46,134 bases of DNA from an uncultured Flavobacteriaceae bacterium (GCA_964643205.1 CAZXST010000002.1:1-46134), one strand, 5' to 3'. Shown: positions 9,476 through 19,404, counted from the first letter of the stretch. The notes: a model not told the origin generated them from the sequence alone. Program-made: numbers and translations.

Positions 9476-10528
9476 CTAATTTTTTGCTGAAATTAGTGAA
9501 GCACATTTCAAATATAATTTCCAGTATTTAGGTTTTTCTTGATTTATTCTTATAGCTTTCTCTATATAATCATTTGCCTTTTTATATTTTTTGTTTTTAA
9601 AAAAATACTTAGATAATCTATACCAAGCTTTATCCATTGATGGATCAGAATGAACAGATTTATAGTAATATGCTAATGCATTACTTGAATTTCCTATTTT
9701 TTCATAACAATGACCAATTTTTAGCATAGCATAGGATGATGTTTTATTTACAGACAATAATCTTTTATAGATTAGTATTGCTTCTTCATATTTATCTAAT
9801 CTTTGTAAGATTTTAGCTTTTTCTATATATGGGCTAGTAAAATTTTCATCTGATATAATTGCATAATCAAAGGAACTTAGAGCCTTTTCATATTTTTTAA
9901 GTAAAAAATATTGTTTGCCTAAATTATACCAGGATATTTCACAGTATGGATTTCTATCAAGATAGTTATTTAAAAAACTAATTGAATTAGATTTTTTATT
10001 TAGCATCTCAAAGCAATATATAATATTATATAGTGTTCCATGGTCTGATGAATTGTAATTTAGGCTATTAATGAAATTTGATTTAGCTTTTATGAAATTT
10101 TCAAGAAATAAATATTCTATACCTATTAAATAATAAATTTCATTATTATTTTCTCCAATAGCCAATATTTTCTTTAAATATTCTATGGCTTTATTGTGCA
10201 ATTTTTTTTTAGATAAGATATTTGCCTTTACTATACATATTTCTTCATTTAAATTTTCATTAATTAATATTGAGTTCAATAACTCATCAGCTTCATTTAT
10301 CTTGTCTTCATGAATATATAATTCAATTTTTAGTAGAATAAGACTGGATGAAGTAGGGTGCTGGTTTAATGATAAATCGATTGCCTTTCTAGCATATTCA
10401 ATTTTACCATTCTCTAAGTAATGGTTAACTATACTCTCAAATTCAAATGAATCAAAAAAAAGCAATGAATTATCATTAATCATTTTTTCGAATCTGTCAA
10501 CAGAGAATTTTACATCATTTATATCCAT
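9476..10528 (-). CDS. tetratricopeptide-repeat (TPR) protein
   Basis: 350 aa of repeated ~34-aa helical units with the W/Y..LG..Y......A...Y..A pattern (for example SWYNLGKQYFLLKKYEKALSSFDYAI and AMLKIGHCYEKIGNSSNALAYYYKSV). ATG start. No catalytic motif seen. Confidence 0.7.
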   Translation of the reverse strand: MDINDVKFSVDRFEKMINDNSLLFFDSFEFESIVNHYLENGKIEYARKAIDLSLNQHPTSSSLILLKIELYIHEDKINEADELLNSILINENLNEEICIVKANILSKKKLHNKAIEYLKKILAIGENNNEIYYLIGIEYLFLENFIKAKSNFINSLNYNSSDHGTLYNIIYCFEMLNKKSNSISFLNNYLDRNPYCEISWYNLGKQYFLLKKYEKALSSFDYAIISDENFTSPYIEKAKILQRLDKYEEAILIYKRLLSVNKTSSYAMLKIGHCYEKIGNSSNALAYYYKSVHSDPSMDKAWYRLSKYFFKNKKYKKANDYIEKAIRINQEKPKYWKLYLKCASLISAKN

Positions 10529-10617
10529 ATAGAAAATATCTCTATATATAAAATTAGTGTAGAATAAAGTCAGTATATTATTTTTAGAGTTTATTTCTTA
10601 ACAAACTAATTAACATC

Positions 10618-11805
10618 TTAAATGAGTTTATTAAGAATATCAATAATAATTTTACAGCCCTTTTGTATTTCTTTATTTGTGATTGTTAGTGGAGGAGTTA
10701 TTCTAACAGCCCTTTTATTAATTAATAACCAGAATAATAGTAATCCATTGTCTTTGGCTTTTAGAATTAAATTATTAGCTATAATAGAATTTTCCATAAT
10801 TAGACATAGCATTAGCCCTTTACCTCTTATTTCTTTTATTAATGGATGAATTAATAGTGACTTAAGCAATTGTTCTTTTTTAATACAATTGCTCATTATT
10901 TTAGATGAGGAAATTTTTTTTAGGGTTGCATATGCGCATGCAGAAACCACTGGGTTCCCCCCAAAAGTTGTTATATGCCCCATAATTGGATCTTTATGTA
11001 AACTGTCCATAACCTTTTTATTAGAAGTAAATGCACCAATAGGTAATCCTCCACCCAATCCTTTCCCATATACCACTATATCAGGTGTACAATTGTAATC
11101 TTCAAAACCAAACATTTTACCTGTTCTTCCAATGCCTGATTGAATCTCATCTAGTATTAATAGAGCACCAACTTCATTGCACCTTTTTTTTACTTTTTGT
11201 AAATAATTATTTTTGGGAGTTATAAATCCAGCACCACCCTGTATTGTTTCAAGTATTACTGCTGCGGTTTTTGAGGAAATTATTTTTAGGTCTTTTTCTT
11301 CATTATATCTTATAAATTTTACTTTTGGAATTAATGGCCCAAATGGATCTCGACGACTTTTAATCCCCATAAAGCTTAACGCTCCCATTGTACTTCCATG
11401 ATATGCGTTTGTAGAAGCAATTACTTCTTCTCTTCGTGTATATCTTCTAGCAAGTTTTATTGATCCTTCAATTGCTTCCGTTCCTGAATTTGTTAAATAT
11501 GTTGAGTTCAATTTTTTTGGTAATAGCTTGCTTAAAAGTTTAACTAACTTAACTGATGGATCTAGGATAAATTCCCCATATACCATAACATGCATATATT
11601 TTTCAATTTGTTTATTAATGGAATTTATCAGGTAGGGATTAGTATGGCCAAGGCTACAGGCTGAAACTCCAGCAGTGAAGTCTAGATAGGCTTTATTTTT
11701 TTTATCATAAATATATGAGCCTTTAGCATATGATACTTCAATTGCTAATGGAGTAGGTGTGGTTTGTGCTTGATATTTTAAAAAATCTTTCTTTATTATT
11801 ACAAT
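10618..11805 (-). CDS. class-III (PLP-dependent) aminotransferase; 5' end unresolved
   Basis: Motifs NSGTEAIEGSIKLAR, AAVILETIQGGAGF, LILDEIQSGIGRTGKMF, YGKGLGGGLPIGA (PLP Lys context) and TFGGNPV. The tracked ORF starts at ATG 11595, but the frame stays open to 11844 and encodes the conserved N-terminal segment (DFLKYQAQTTPTPLAIEV...DFTAGVSACSLGHTNP). There is no ATG/GTG/TTG in that stretch, so the given start (ATT 11803..11805) is provisional. Confidence 0.85.
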   Translation of the reverse strand: MVIIKKDFLKYQAQTTPTPLAIEVSYAKGSYIYDKKNKAYLDFTAGVSACSLGHTNPYLINSINKQIEKYMHVMVYGEFILDPSVKLVKLLSKLLPKKLNSTYLTNSGTEAIEGSIKLARRYTRREEVIASTNAYHGSTMGALSFMGIKSRRDPFGPLIPKVKFIRYNEEKDLKIISSKTAAVILETIQGGAGFITPKNNYLQKVKKRCNEVGALLILDEIQSGIGRTGKMFGFEDYNCTPDIVVYGKGLGGGLPIGAFTSNKKVMDSLHKDPIMGHITTFGGNPVVSACAYATLKKISSSKIMSNCIKKEQLLKSLLIHPLIKEIRGKGLMLCLIMENSIIANNLILKAKDNGLLLFWLLINKRAVRITPPLTITNKEIQKGCKIIIDILNKLI

Positions 11806-13418
11806 TAATTTATTTGTAGACTCTTGATTTTTGTCAAAATTAATTTAGGATCATCTTTAAATAGATCTTTAATGCTATTAGGTTTTTCTTCTTCTCTATA
11901 ATAGAACCCCTTTAAAAATTTCAATTCTTCTAAAAATTCATCTTCTGGATATGTATTTCCATCAATCTGGTTTATTTTTTTAAATTTTTCAATAGAGTTG
12001 TTATCTAACAAAATTTTTATTTTTCCAGATTTTGATCTGTCTATTCCCACTAATTCGTTTTCAGAATTTCTAAGGTAATAAATTGATTCAGCATTCTTTA
12101 TAATATCAATCTTTTTAAGTTCATTGTTGATAAAATTTCCGTACAATTTTTGACCTGAAATTTGATTAAATCCTGTTCCAAGGCTGTCTTTATTTATTAT
12201 CATGGCATTGTTAAAAACTAATAATGAATCCAATTGATCATTATCTTTATTGAATAATAGGTGAATAGAATCTCCAGTTATTTGATTTTCTAAATTCCAC
12301 AGTATTGGTTTTTTTGTTTTTACAAAAGGATTTGTTAATTGATCATTGATATTTATTAATTGTGCCACACCATTTTTTCGATTAAAATGAATTGAATCTG
12401 CCTTACCACTTAGATCAGACTTGTAAATTTTAGCATTTTTATATGCCCTTATAATTCTATTCTTTTCACTACCTGTCATTAGAATTGTATCACTATGAAT
12501 ATAAATTGAATCTTTTTCTTGATATGAAGCAACTAGTGCCTTTTTAGTAATATACATTGAATCAATCGATTTATATACCTCAGCATAATGACCTGTTGTT
12601 GTTGTTTTATTTATGGTGTCTGTTATTTTAATATTGTTTGTTGCTGCTGCATAATTTATTTTATTATCAAAGTAAATGCTGTCTGCTTTTATCTCTGAGT
12701 CATCAAAGTCAATCTGAGCATTTTTAATAAAATAACCAATATCATTATTCGTGTCATAATAACCAATCTCACAATATATTTTAGTATCCTCACTAAAAAT
12801 ATCAGTAGGTCCAAAAAAATATGCCAGTCCACTTTCTGTTAGGTAGTCTAACTTTTTTGAATAAATATCATTTTTAGGCGTTTTTAAATTTATGTTTTCT
12901 TTAAATCTATATTTTTTCAAATCCATAAAATACCTTCCTTGCTCACTTACAATTGTATCAGATGGATGTTTTATTAATTTACCATGATTATTATAATATG
13001 CTTCCTGAATATCCCTGTCAAAGAATAAAGATTCAGTATACAATGTTGATGTAGGTTCTTTAAGAATTACATTTCCTTTTGCATATGCGAGCTTACTATC
13101 TCCATTATACTCTAAATAACTACTTTTTAGATCAATAGTGTCACCTTGTTTTAAAATGACATTTCCATAGGCTTCAATAAAATTTTTATCTTCATAAAAA
13201 AACGCTTGATTACACCACATTTTAACTCCTTCATGTGTAATAACTACCTGACCTAAATTATCTCTAGTTAGAACAGTTGCATTAGGAAATTTTTTATTGT
13301 CTTTATCAAAAAATCCTGCAGTTTCTATTTTTATATTAGTATTTTCTTGCGAAAAGAGTCTATTATTTATGTTTAGTGTAAGTAAAATAAGACTGAGTAT
13401 GTATAATTTATTATTCAA
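11805..13418 (-). CDS. secreted OstA-like (LptA/LptD-N-like beta-jellyroll repeat) protein
   Basis: 537 aa. TTG start followed by signal peptide MNNKLYILSLILLTLNINNRLFSQ. Recurrent A.GNV.L.. segments (AYGNVILKQGD, AKGNVILKE) are typical of OstA-like domains. The family call is from memory of flavobacterial 'OstA-like protein' entries. Confidence 0.5.
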   Translation of the reverse strand: MNNKLYILSLILLTLNINNRLFSQENTNIKIETAGFFDKDNKKFPNATVLTRDNLGQVVITHEGVKMWCNQAFFYEDKNFIEAYGNVILKQGDTIDLKSSYLEYNGDSKLAYAKGNVILKEPTSTLYTESLFFDRDIQEAYYNNHGKLIKHPSDTIVSEQGRYFMDLKKYRFKENINLKTPKNDIYSKKLDYLTESGLAYFFGPTDIFSEDTKIYCEIGYYDTNNDIGYFIKNAQIDFDDSEIKADSIYFDNKINYAAATNNIKITDTINKTTTTGHYAEVYKSIDSMYITKKALVASYQEKDSIYIHSDTILMTGSEKNRIIRAYKNAKIYKSDLSGKADSIHFNRKNGVAQLININDQLTNPFVKTKKPILWNLENQITGDSIHLLFNKDNDQLDSLLVFNNAMIINKDSLGTGFNQISGQKLYGNFINNELKKIDIIKNAESIYYLRNSENELVGIDRSKSGKIKILLDNNSIEKFKKINQIDGNTYPEDEFLEELKFLKGFYYREEEKPNSIKDLFKDDPKLILTKIKSLQIN

Positions 13419-13426
13419 AACTATAT

Positions 13427-14698
13427 TTAAACAATGATTGTTTGTAAACGATCAGGACCAACGGAAATGATAGTAATGGGAATATTTAACTCTTTTTCAA
13501 GATAAGAAATATATTTTTTAAGATTTATAGGGAGTTTGTCAAAATCATTAATTTTTGTTATGTCATCATTCCATCCATCAAATTCATCATATATTGGTTT
13601 TAATGAATTATCACTGATGTTATATGGCATGTATTTTATTTCTTTTCCTTTGTACTCATATGATGTGCACACTTTGATTGATTTAAATCCAGATAATACA
13701 TCAGACTTCATCATCATGAGTTTTGTAACTCCATTAATTTGACATGAATATTTAAGAGCTACTAAATCAAGCCATCCGCATCTTCTAGGCCTCCCAGTTG
13801 TAGCCCCAAATTCATTTCCAACCTTACCCATTCTTTTCCCATCACTATTAAATAATTCTGTAGGGAAAGGTCCAGAACCTACTCTTGTTGTATAAGCTTT
13901 AAAAACACCAAATACTTCTTTTATTGAACTTGGTGAAATTCCTAGTCCTGTACAAGCACCTGCTGCAGTTGTATTTGATGAGGTGACATAAGGATAAGTT
14001 CCAAAATCAATATCTAATAATGATCCTTGAGCCCCTTCAGCTAAGATAGAACTTCCTTTATTTTGCTCTTGATAAATATATTCTTCTGAGTCAATAAAAT
14101 TAAGACTTTTTAAAATTTTCACTGATTCAAAAAATTCTTGTTCAAGTTCTTCAAAATTATACTCTAAACTAACATTAAAAAAATCAATTAATCTATTATG
14201 TTTTGATTTTAATTCTGTGTACTTTTCTATCCAATTTTCAGATTCAAGATCGCCAACTCTAAATCCATTTCTACCAGTTTTGTCCATGTAGGTTGGTCCT
14301 ATACCTTTTAGCGTTGATCCTATTTTATTTTTCCCTTTTGATTTTTCACTTGTAGCATCAATTATTCTATGGGTTGGAAGAATTAAATGTGCTTTTCTAG
14401 AAATGAGTAGTGATTTTTTATAATCAATCCCCTCTACTTCTAAATTTTTTAATTCATTTCGTAATATAACAGGATCAATGACCACTCCATTGCCTATAAT
14501 ATTTACTTTGTTTTCATGAAATATGCCTGAAGGAATTGTATGTAGAACATGTTTTTTCCCGTTGAAAACTAATGTATGACCAGCATTTGGACCTCCTTGA
14601 AATCTGGCAATTATCTTATATCCTGAAGTTAGTACATCAACTATTTTCCCTTTTCCTTCATCACCCCATTGAAGTCCTAATAATAAATCCATTGACAT
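13427..14698 (-). CDS. purA: adenylosuccinate synthase
   Basis: 423 aa. GLQWGDEGKGKIVD, GGPNAGHT, GIGPTYMDK and TTGRPRRCGWLD. Confidence 0.97.
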   Translation of the reverse strand: MSMDLLLGLQWGDEGKGKIVDVLTSGYKIIARFQGGPNAGHTLVFNGKKHVLHTIPSGIFHENKVNIIGNGVVIDPVILRNELKNLEVEGIDYKKSLLISRKAHLILPTHRIIDATSEKSKGKNKIGSTLKGIGPTYMDKTGRNGFRVGDLESENWIEKYTELKSKHNRLIDFFNVSLEYNFEELEQEFFESVKILKSLNFIDSEEYIYQEQNKGSSILAEGAQGSLLDIDFGTYPYVTSSNTTAAGACTGLGISPSSIKEVFGVFKAYTTRVGSGPFPTELFNSDGKRMGKVGNEFGATTGRPRRCGWLDLVALKYSCQINGVTKLMMMKSDVLSGFKSIKVCTSYEYKGKEIKYMPYNISDNSLKPIYDEFDGWNDDITKINDFDKLPINLKKYISYLEKELNIPITIISVGPDRLQTIIV

Positions 14699-14707
14699 TA
14701 TATTCTA

Positions 14708-15157
14708 TTAGTTATTATTTTTTCCGTAAAAGTATAATGAGTGACTATCTATTTTTACATTAAAAACTTCTTCAATAGTTTTTTTAATTGTTTCAATTCT
14801 TGGATCACAAAATTCTATAATTTCTCCAGAATCAATCAAAATAAGATGGTCATGCTGTTTATTAAAATAACATTTTTCATAAGAAGCTTGGTGATCCTGT
14901 GAGAATTGATGCTTTCTTACTAATGAACATTTTATTAATAATTCGATAGTGTTATATAGTGTAGCTCTAGAAACCCTGTACTTTTTATTTTTCATTTTTA
15001 TATACAGAGATTCTATATCAAAATGTAATTTAGTATTATATACTTCATTCAGTATAGCATATCTTTCAGGAGTTTTTCTATAGCCTTTTTTATTTAAATA
15101 GTTTGTAAATACTTTTTTTACAATTTCGTTATCACTTATTTTAGCTTCTTTAATCAT
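14708..15157 (-). CDS. Fur-family transcriptional regulator (lacks CxxC pairs)
   Basis: 149 aa. Winged-helix part [14 protein letters not shown]...[13 protein letters not shown] and dimerisation/metal part [22 protein letters not shown]...HSLYFYG. The position between rel and purA matches flavobacterial synteny as I remember it. Confidence 0.78.
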   Translation of the reverse strand: MIKEAKISDNEIVKKVFTNYLNKKGYRKTPERYAILNEVYNTKLHFDIESLYIKMKNKKYRVSRATLYNTIELLIKCSLVRKHQFSQDHQASYEKCYFNKQHDHLILIDSGEIIEFCDPRIETIKKTIEEVFNVKIDSHSLYFYGKNNN

Positions 15158-15177
15158 AAGACAAATTTAATTAAAAT

Positions 15178-17388
15178 TTAAAGTCTATTAACTTTTTCAA
15201 TTCCATTTAATTTTTTAAGTTTTTCAATTACTTTATTTACTAAATTATTAGTCTTTACAGCAATTGTAATATTTCCTTTAAAAATACCTCCATCAGTTTC
15301 AAGATTTAACTTTCTAATATTCATATTCATATTTTCAGAAATTACATTTGTAATATTATTTAACAGTCCAATCTTGTCTATTCCTGTTAAATCTATTGAG
15401 ACTGTAAATTCTTCCTGAGATGAATCAATCCATTTAGCTTTAAGTATTCTATAATCATAGTTTGATTGCATTCTTAATGCATTTGGACAATCCTTTTTAT
15501 GAATTTTAATTCCCTCCTTTATTGTAATAAAACCAAAAACTTTATCCCCTGGTATCGGGTTGCAACATGTTGATATTGTATAATTTAACTTTTCCTCATT
15601 ATTTCCAAAAACGAGTAAATCATACTTTTTTGTTATTTCTTCTTTTTCTGTTTCTTTATCTTGAGGTTTACGACTAATCTTATTTTTTATATAGCTTATA
15701 AAAACATTGCTTCTGGATGACGCAAATTTCTTAATCATTGTATTATCAATAGTATTTATCCCAACTCTATAAAATAAATCTAAACTAGTACTTAGCTTAA
15801 AGAATTTTTGCAGTTCACTAATTGTTTTATCATTTAGTTTTAGTTTCAACTGTTTTAATTTTCTTCTCAATTTTTCTTTTCCTTCTTTAGCTAAATTCTT
15901 TTTCTCAGCATTTAGAGTAGATTTTATTTTACTTCTTGCTTTAGCAGTTATGGCATAATCCATCCAATTTGCACTTGGTTTGATTTTTTCAGACTTTAAA
16001 ATTTCAACTCTATCACCACTTTTGAGCTTTTTATTTAGAGGAACAAGTTTACCATTAACTTTAGCCCCCCTAGTTTTAAGTCCGACTTCTGTATGAATTG
16101 CAAAAGCAAAATCTAGTGGAGTAGCGTCTACAGGTAAGGATTTTAATTCTCCTTGGGGCGTAAATACAAAGATTTCTTTTGCGTATAAGTTTAGTTTGAA
16201 TTGTTCAACAAAATCAACTGCGTTAGTGTCGGGATTTTCTAAAGCTTCTTGTAATTTATTAATCCAAACATCTAAACTGTCATCAGATTTTTCATTCTTC
16301 TGTTTATACCTGTAATGGGCAGCATAGCCTTTTTCTGCTATTTCATTCATTCTTTCACTCCTGATTTGGACTTCAATCCATCTGCTTTTTGGACCAACGA
16401 CAGTTATATGTAATGCTTCGTATCCAGTAGATTTTGGAGCAGATATCCAATCCCTAAGTCTTATAGGATTTGGAGTAAAATGATCTGTTACAATTGAATA
16501 TATTTTCCATGCTAAAAACTTCTCATTTTTAGTATTTGACTTATATATAATTCTAACCGCAAATTTATCATATATCTCTTCAAATGAAACATTTTGTTTA
16601 ATCATTTTGTTTCTAATTGAATAAATAGACTTAGATCTCCCCTTAATTACATATTTTAGTTTTTCCTTATTCAGAGATGTACTTATAGCTTGGTTAAATT
16701 TCTTTATATATTCATCCTGATCTTTCTTATTTTCAATTAATTTTTTTGATATATCATTATAGGTTTCAGGATCTGTGTATTTTAGACCTAAATCTTCTAA
16801 TTCAGTTTTTATATTATAAAGCCCTATCCTATGAGCCAATGGTGCATAAATGTAGAGTGTTTCAGATGCTTTTTTTATTTGTTTTTCTACAGGCATTGAC
16901 GATAGTGTCTGCATATTATGCAATCTATCAGCTATCTTGATTATTATAACTCTAACATCTTCATTTAGAGTAAGTAACATTTTTCTATAATTTTCTGCTT
17001 GCTCTGAAGTGCCAGTTTCTTTGTCAAGATTAGATATTTTAGTAAGTCCATCAACAATTTTAGCAATGTTCTGTCCAAAAACTTTTTTTATATTTTTAAT
17101 ACTATAATTGCTATTATCTTCAACTACATCATGAATGAGTGCTGCAGCAATGGATATTGCATCTAATCCAATTTCATAAGCAACTATTTTTGCTACAGCA
17201 ATAGGATGAAAAATATATGCTTCACCAGAAATTCTTCTTTGATGTTCATGAGCATCTACTGCAAAATTAAAAGCCTTCCTTATCAATTTTTTATCATCAC
17301 TACTTAATGTTTGATAACTAATCTTGAGGAGTTCTTTATATTCTTTTGCTAATGCTTTTTTTTCTAGATCAATATCTTTGACTGCCAT
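15178..17388 (-). CDS. spoT: bifunctional (p)ppGpp synthetase/hydrolase (RelA/SpoT homologue)
   Basis: 736 aa. HD hydrolase (HQRRISGEAYIFHPIAVA, LIHDVVED), synthetase (RSKSIYSIRNKM, GYEALHITV, EVQIRSERMNEIAEKG), TGS (IFVFTPQGELKSLP) and a C-terminal ACT-like domain. Confidence 0.95.
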   Translation of the reverse strand: MAVKDIDLEKKALAKEYKELLKISYQTLSSDDKKLIRKAFNFAVDAHEHQRRISGEAYIFHPIAVAKIVAYEIGLDAISIAAALIHDVVEDNSNYSIKNIKKVFGQNIAKIVDGLTKISNLDKETGTSEQAENYRKMLLTLNEDVRVIIIKIADRLHNMQTLSSMPVEKQIKKASETLYIYAPLAHRIGLYNIKTELEDLGLKYTDPETYNDISKKLIENKKDQDEYIKKFNQAISTSLNKEKLKYVIKGRSKSIYSIRNKMIKQNVSFEEIYDKFAVRIIYKSNTKNEKFLAWKIYSIVTDHFTPNPIRLRDWISAPKSTGYEALHITVVGPKSRWIEVQIRSERMNEIAEKGYAAHYRYKQKNEKSDDSLDVWINKLQEALENPDTNAVDFVEQFKLNLYAKEIFVFTPQGELKSLPVDATPLDFAFAIHTEVGLKTRGAKVNGKLVPLNKKLKSGDRVEILKSEKIKPSANWMDYAITAKARSKIKSTLNAEKKNLAKEGKEKLRRKLKQLKLKLNDKTISELQKFFKLSTSLDLFYRVGINTIDNTMIKKFASSRSNVFISYIKNKISRKPQDKETEKEEITKKYDLLVFGNNEEKLNYTISTCCNPIPGDKVFGFITIKEGIKIHKKDCPNALRMQSNYDYRILKAKWIDSSQEEFTVSIDLTGIDKIGLLNNITNVISENMNMNIRKLNLETDGGIFKGNITIAVKTNNLVNKVIEKLKKLNGIEKVNRL

Positions 17389-17438
17389 AATCTAAAATTA
17401 CCATAAACAAATTAATAGACAAAGGCTTTAATAAAAAT

Positions 17439-18248
17439 TTAGGATTTATAATTATGTAAATTTCTCTGTCTTTTAGCTTCATAAATGATTATAGCGCCAG
17501 AATTAGACACGTTTAAGGAATCTGCTTGACCCTCCATTGGTATGTATATTAGCTCATTGGATTCTGAATACCATTCTTTGCTTATTCCTTTATCTTCTGA
17601 CCCTAAAACTACTGCACATGCGTTTTTATAATCTATTTTTTGATATTGTTTTGAGGCTGTTAGAGAAGTTGAAATTATTTTGATTTTAGTTCTATTAAGA
17701 AAATCTATAGTTTCTTTTATATTAGATAAAATTATTTGATTGTTAAATAAACATCCAATACTAGATCTAATAATATTAGGATTATACAGATCAGTTTTTT
17801 GGTTAACAATAAATACAGCATCTACTTTTGCTGCATCAGATGTTCTTAATAAAGCACCTATGTTTCCTGGTTTTTCTATTCCATCTAAAATCATGATTAG
17901 GGGAGTAGTTGACTTAAACTTCAATTTTTCTAATTTGTGACTTTTTTCTTTAGCTAATGCTATAATTCCTTCTGTACTACTTCTATAAGAAATCTTATTA
18001 TATACATTCTGATTCACCTCAATACATTTTATTTTATTTCCAACATATTTTTTAACCTTATTTTTATCTATAAGATTTGGATTAAAAATAATCTTACAGA
18101 TAGAATAGTTATTCTTAATTGCAATATTTAACTCTCTAGTTCCTTCAATTAAGAATAATTTTGATTCTCTTCTAGCTTTTGATTTCTTTAATAGTTTAAC
18201 GTATTCTTTTATTTCAGGATTGGTTACACTTTTTATTTTTCTAATCAT
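17439..18248 (-). CDS. TrmH/SpoU-family RNA 2'-O-methyltransferase
   Basis: 269 aa. SpoU motifs IMILDGIEKPGNIGALLRTSDAAKVD, VVLGSEDKGIS and IPMEGQADSLNVSNSGAIIIYE. 8-nt overlap with the upstream gene. Confidence 0.82.
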   Translation of the reverse strand: MIRKIKSVTNPEIKEYVKLLKKSKARRESKLFLIEGTRELNIAIKNNYSICKIIFNPNLIDKNKVKKYVGNKIKCIEVNQNVYNKISYRSSTEGIIALAKEKSHKLEKLKFKSTTPLIMILDGIEKPGNIGALLRTSDAAKVDAVFIVNQKTDLYNPNIIRSSIGCLFNNQIILSNIKETIDFLNRTKIKIISTSLTASKQYQKIDYKNACAVVLGSEDKGISKEWYSESNELIYIPMEGQADSLNVSNSGAIIIYEAKRQRNLHNYKS

Positions 18249-19347
18249 TATAGAATTTATTATAGTTTAAAATTAGGGAAAGACTCTGATTATAATTTCT
18301 AATACCATCCTTTACTTTATTTATTTTCAGGAAACTATCATAGACTTTTTTAATAAGAGGCTCAAAAGGATTATTATAATTATCCCAAAATTCAAAAATT
18401 TCTCTATAGTTCTTTAATATTCCTATGTTTATAGAGGAAAGATGTGAATTATATATATCCTTATCATCTTTTTGAAGTTCACTTAAGCATTGTCTTAAAG
18501 CAAAAGTATTTCCAAAATATTGGTAGTAAAGGTCATCACTACTAATCAATGCTATATAGCCAATGAAGTTAGCTTCCATCTCGGATGAAAAACCTATTTC
18601 GTGAGCAATTTCATGACTCATTACCATAGGAATACTATTATTGGGTATTAATCCATTAATATTGTATTCATGTGTAAAAGGGTTTAAATATCCGCTAAAA
18701 CCCATATAAGTTAGAGGATAGCTTATGATAGATTCTTTTATATTTCCATTGTTCTTATTATTAGTAAATTTAGATATACTCTTTAAGGATTTAATCATCA
18801 AACTATTTTCATTGCTACTTGACATATTTCTTTTAGATAATTCATTGTAGCTATTGATAGCTATTATTGAATTCTCTTTAAAATTATAAGGAAGAATAAC
18901 TTTCAAAGTGTCGCTTATTGAAAGTTTATTATGTAGTTTATTAATTTTTTGAATTAATTCTGCTGTAAACTTATTTAATTCTTCATATGAGTAACTAACA
19001 TTTTCAATTTGTTTATTTATTGGTATTCTGTAGTAGTTAAGCCCCCAACTTATATTAAAAAAAAAATATATAATAGCTATACCAGCAAAAATTTCAACAA
19101 ATAGTTTTTTAGGATTTTTAATATTTAATATAATCCAATAAATTGAAAAAATACTAACAAGAATATAGAATATATCTCCAATTGCAAATGGAATTTTAAT
19201 AGAAATGCTTCTTAAAAAAACCGAAATATATACATATATATAATTAGAATATATTATTTCTATAATATCAGGGTAATAGGAGAGAAGTTGTACAACTAAA
19301 TATTGAGGAATTAAGCTTAAAGCTAATATTTTCTTTAATTTAAGCAT
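18241..19347 (-). CDS. DUF3810-family membrane protein with an HEXXH zinc-peptidase-like motif
   Basis: 368 aa. N-terminal TM helices, then MSHEIAHEIGFSSEMEANFIGY (HEXXH plus a downstream E). The N-terminus LIPQYLVVQLLSYYPDIIEIIYS is typical of this Bacteroidota family as I remember it. Confidence 0.68.
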   Translation of the reverse strand: MLKLKKILALSLIPQYLVVQLLSYYPDIIEIIYSNYIYVYISVFLRSISIKIPFAIGDIFYILVSIFSIYWIILNIKNPKKLFVEIFAGIAIIYFFFNISWGLNYYRIPINKQIENVSYSYEELNKFTAELIQKINKLHNKLSISDTLKVILPYNFKENSIIAINSYNELSKRNMSSSNENSLMIKSLKSISKFTNNKNNGNIKESIISYPLTYMGFSGYLNPFTHEYNINGLIPNNSIPMVMSHEIAHEIGFSSEMEANFIGYIALISSDDLYYQYFGNTFALRQCLSELQKDDKDIYNSHLSSINIGILKNYREIFEFWDNYNNPFEPLIKKVYDSFLKINKVKDGIRNYNQSLSLILNYNKFYND

Positions 19348-19391
19348 AAATAAAGTTAATGAATAGATATTAAGTTAATCTATTTATTAAT

Positions 19392-19399
19392 TAAATTTG
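19392..19399 (+). promoter_or_regulatory. candidate -7 box (TAAATTTG) for pepD
   Basis: Exact TAnnTTTG, 18 nt before ATG 19418, in the divergent intergenic region. Confidence 0.35.
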
Positions 19400-19404
19400 T
19401 ATTC

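Noticed and set aside
19057-19066. Homopolymer tracts as candidate phase-variation switches: A10 at 19057..19066, T9 at 10202..10210, A9 at 5512..5520, A9 at 41461..41469
   Set aside because: All lie in frame within conserved CDSs and simply encode Phe or Lys runs (for example IYFFFNI, LYKKKSD). Such tracts are expected at this base composition, and none is in a surface-variable or accessory gene.
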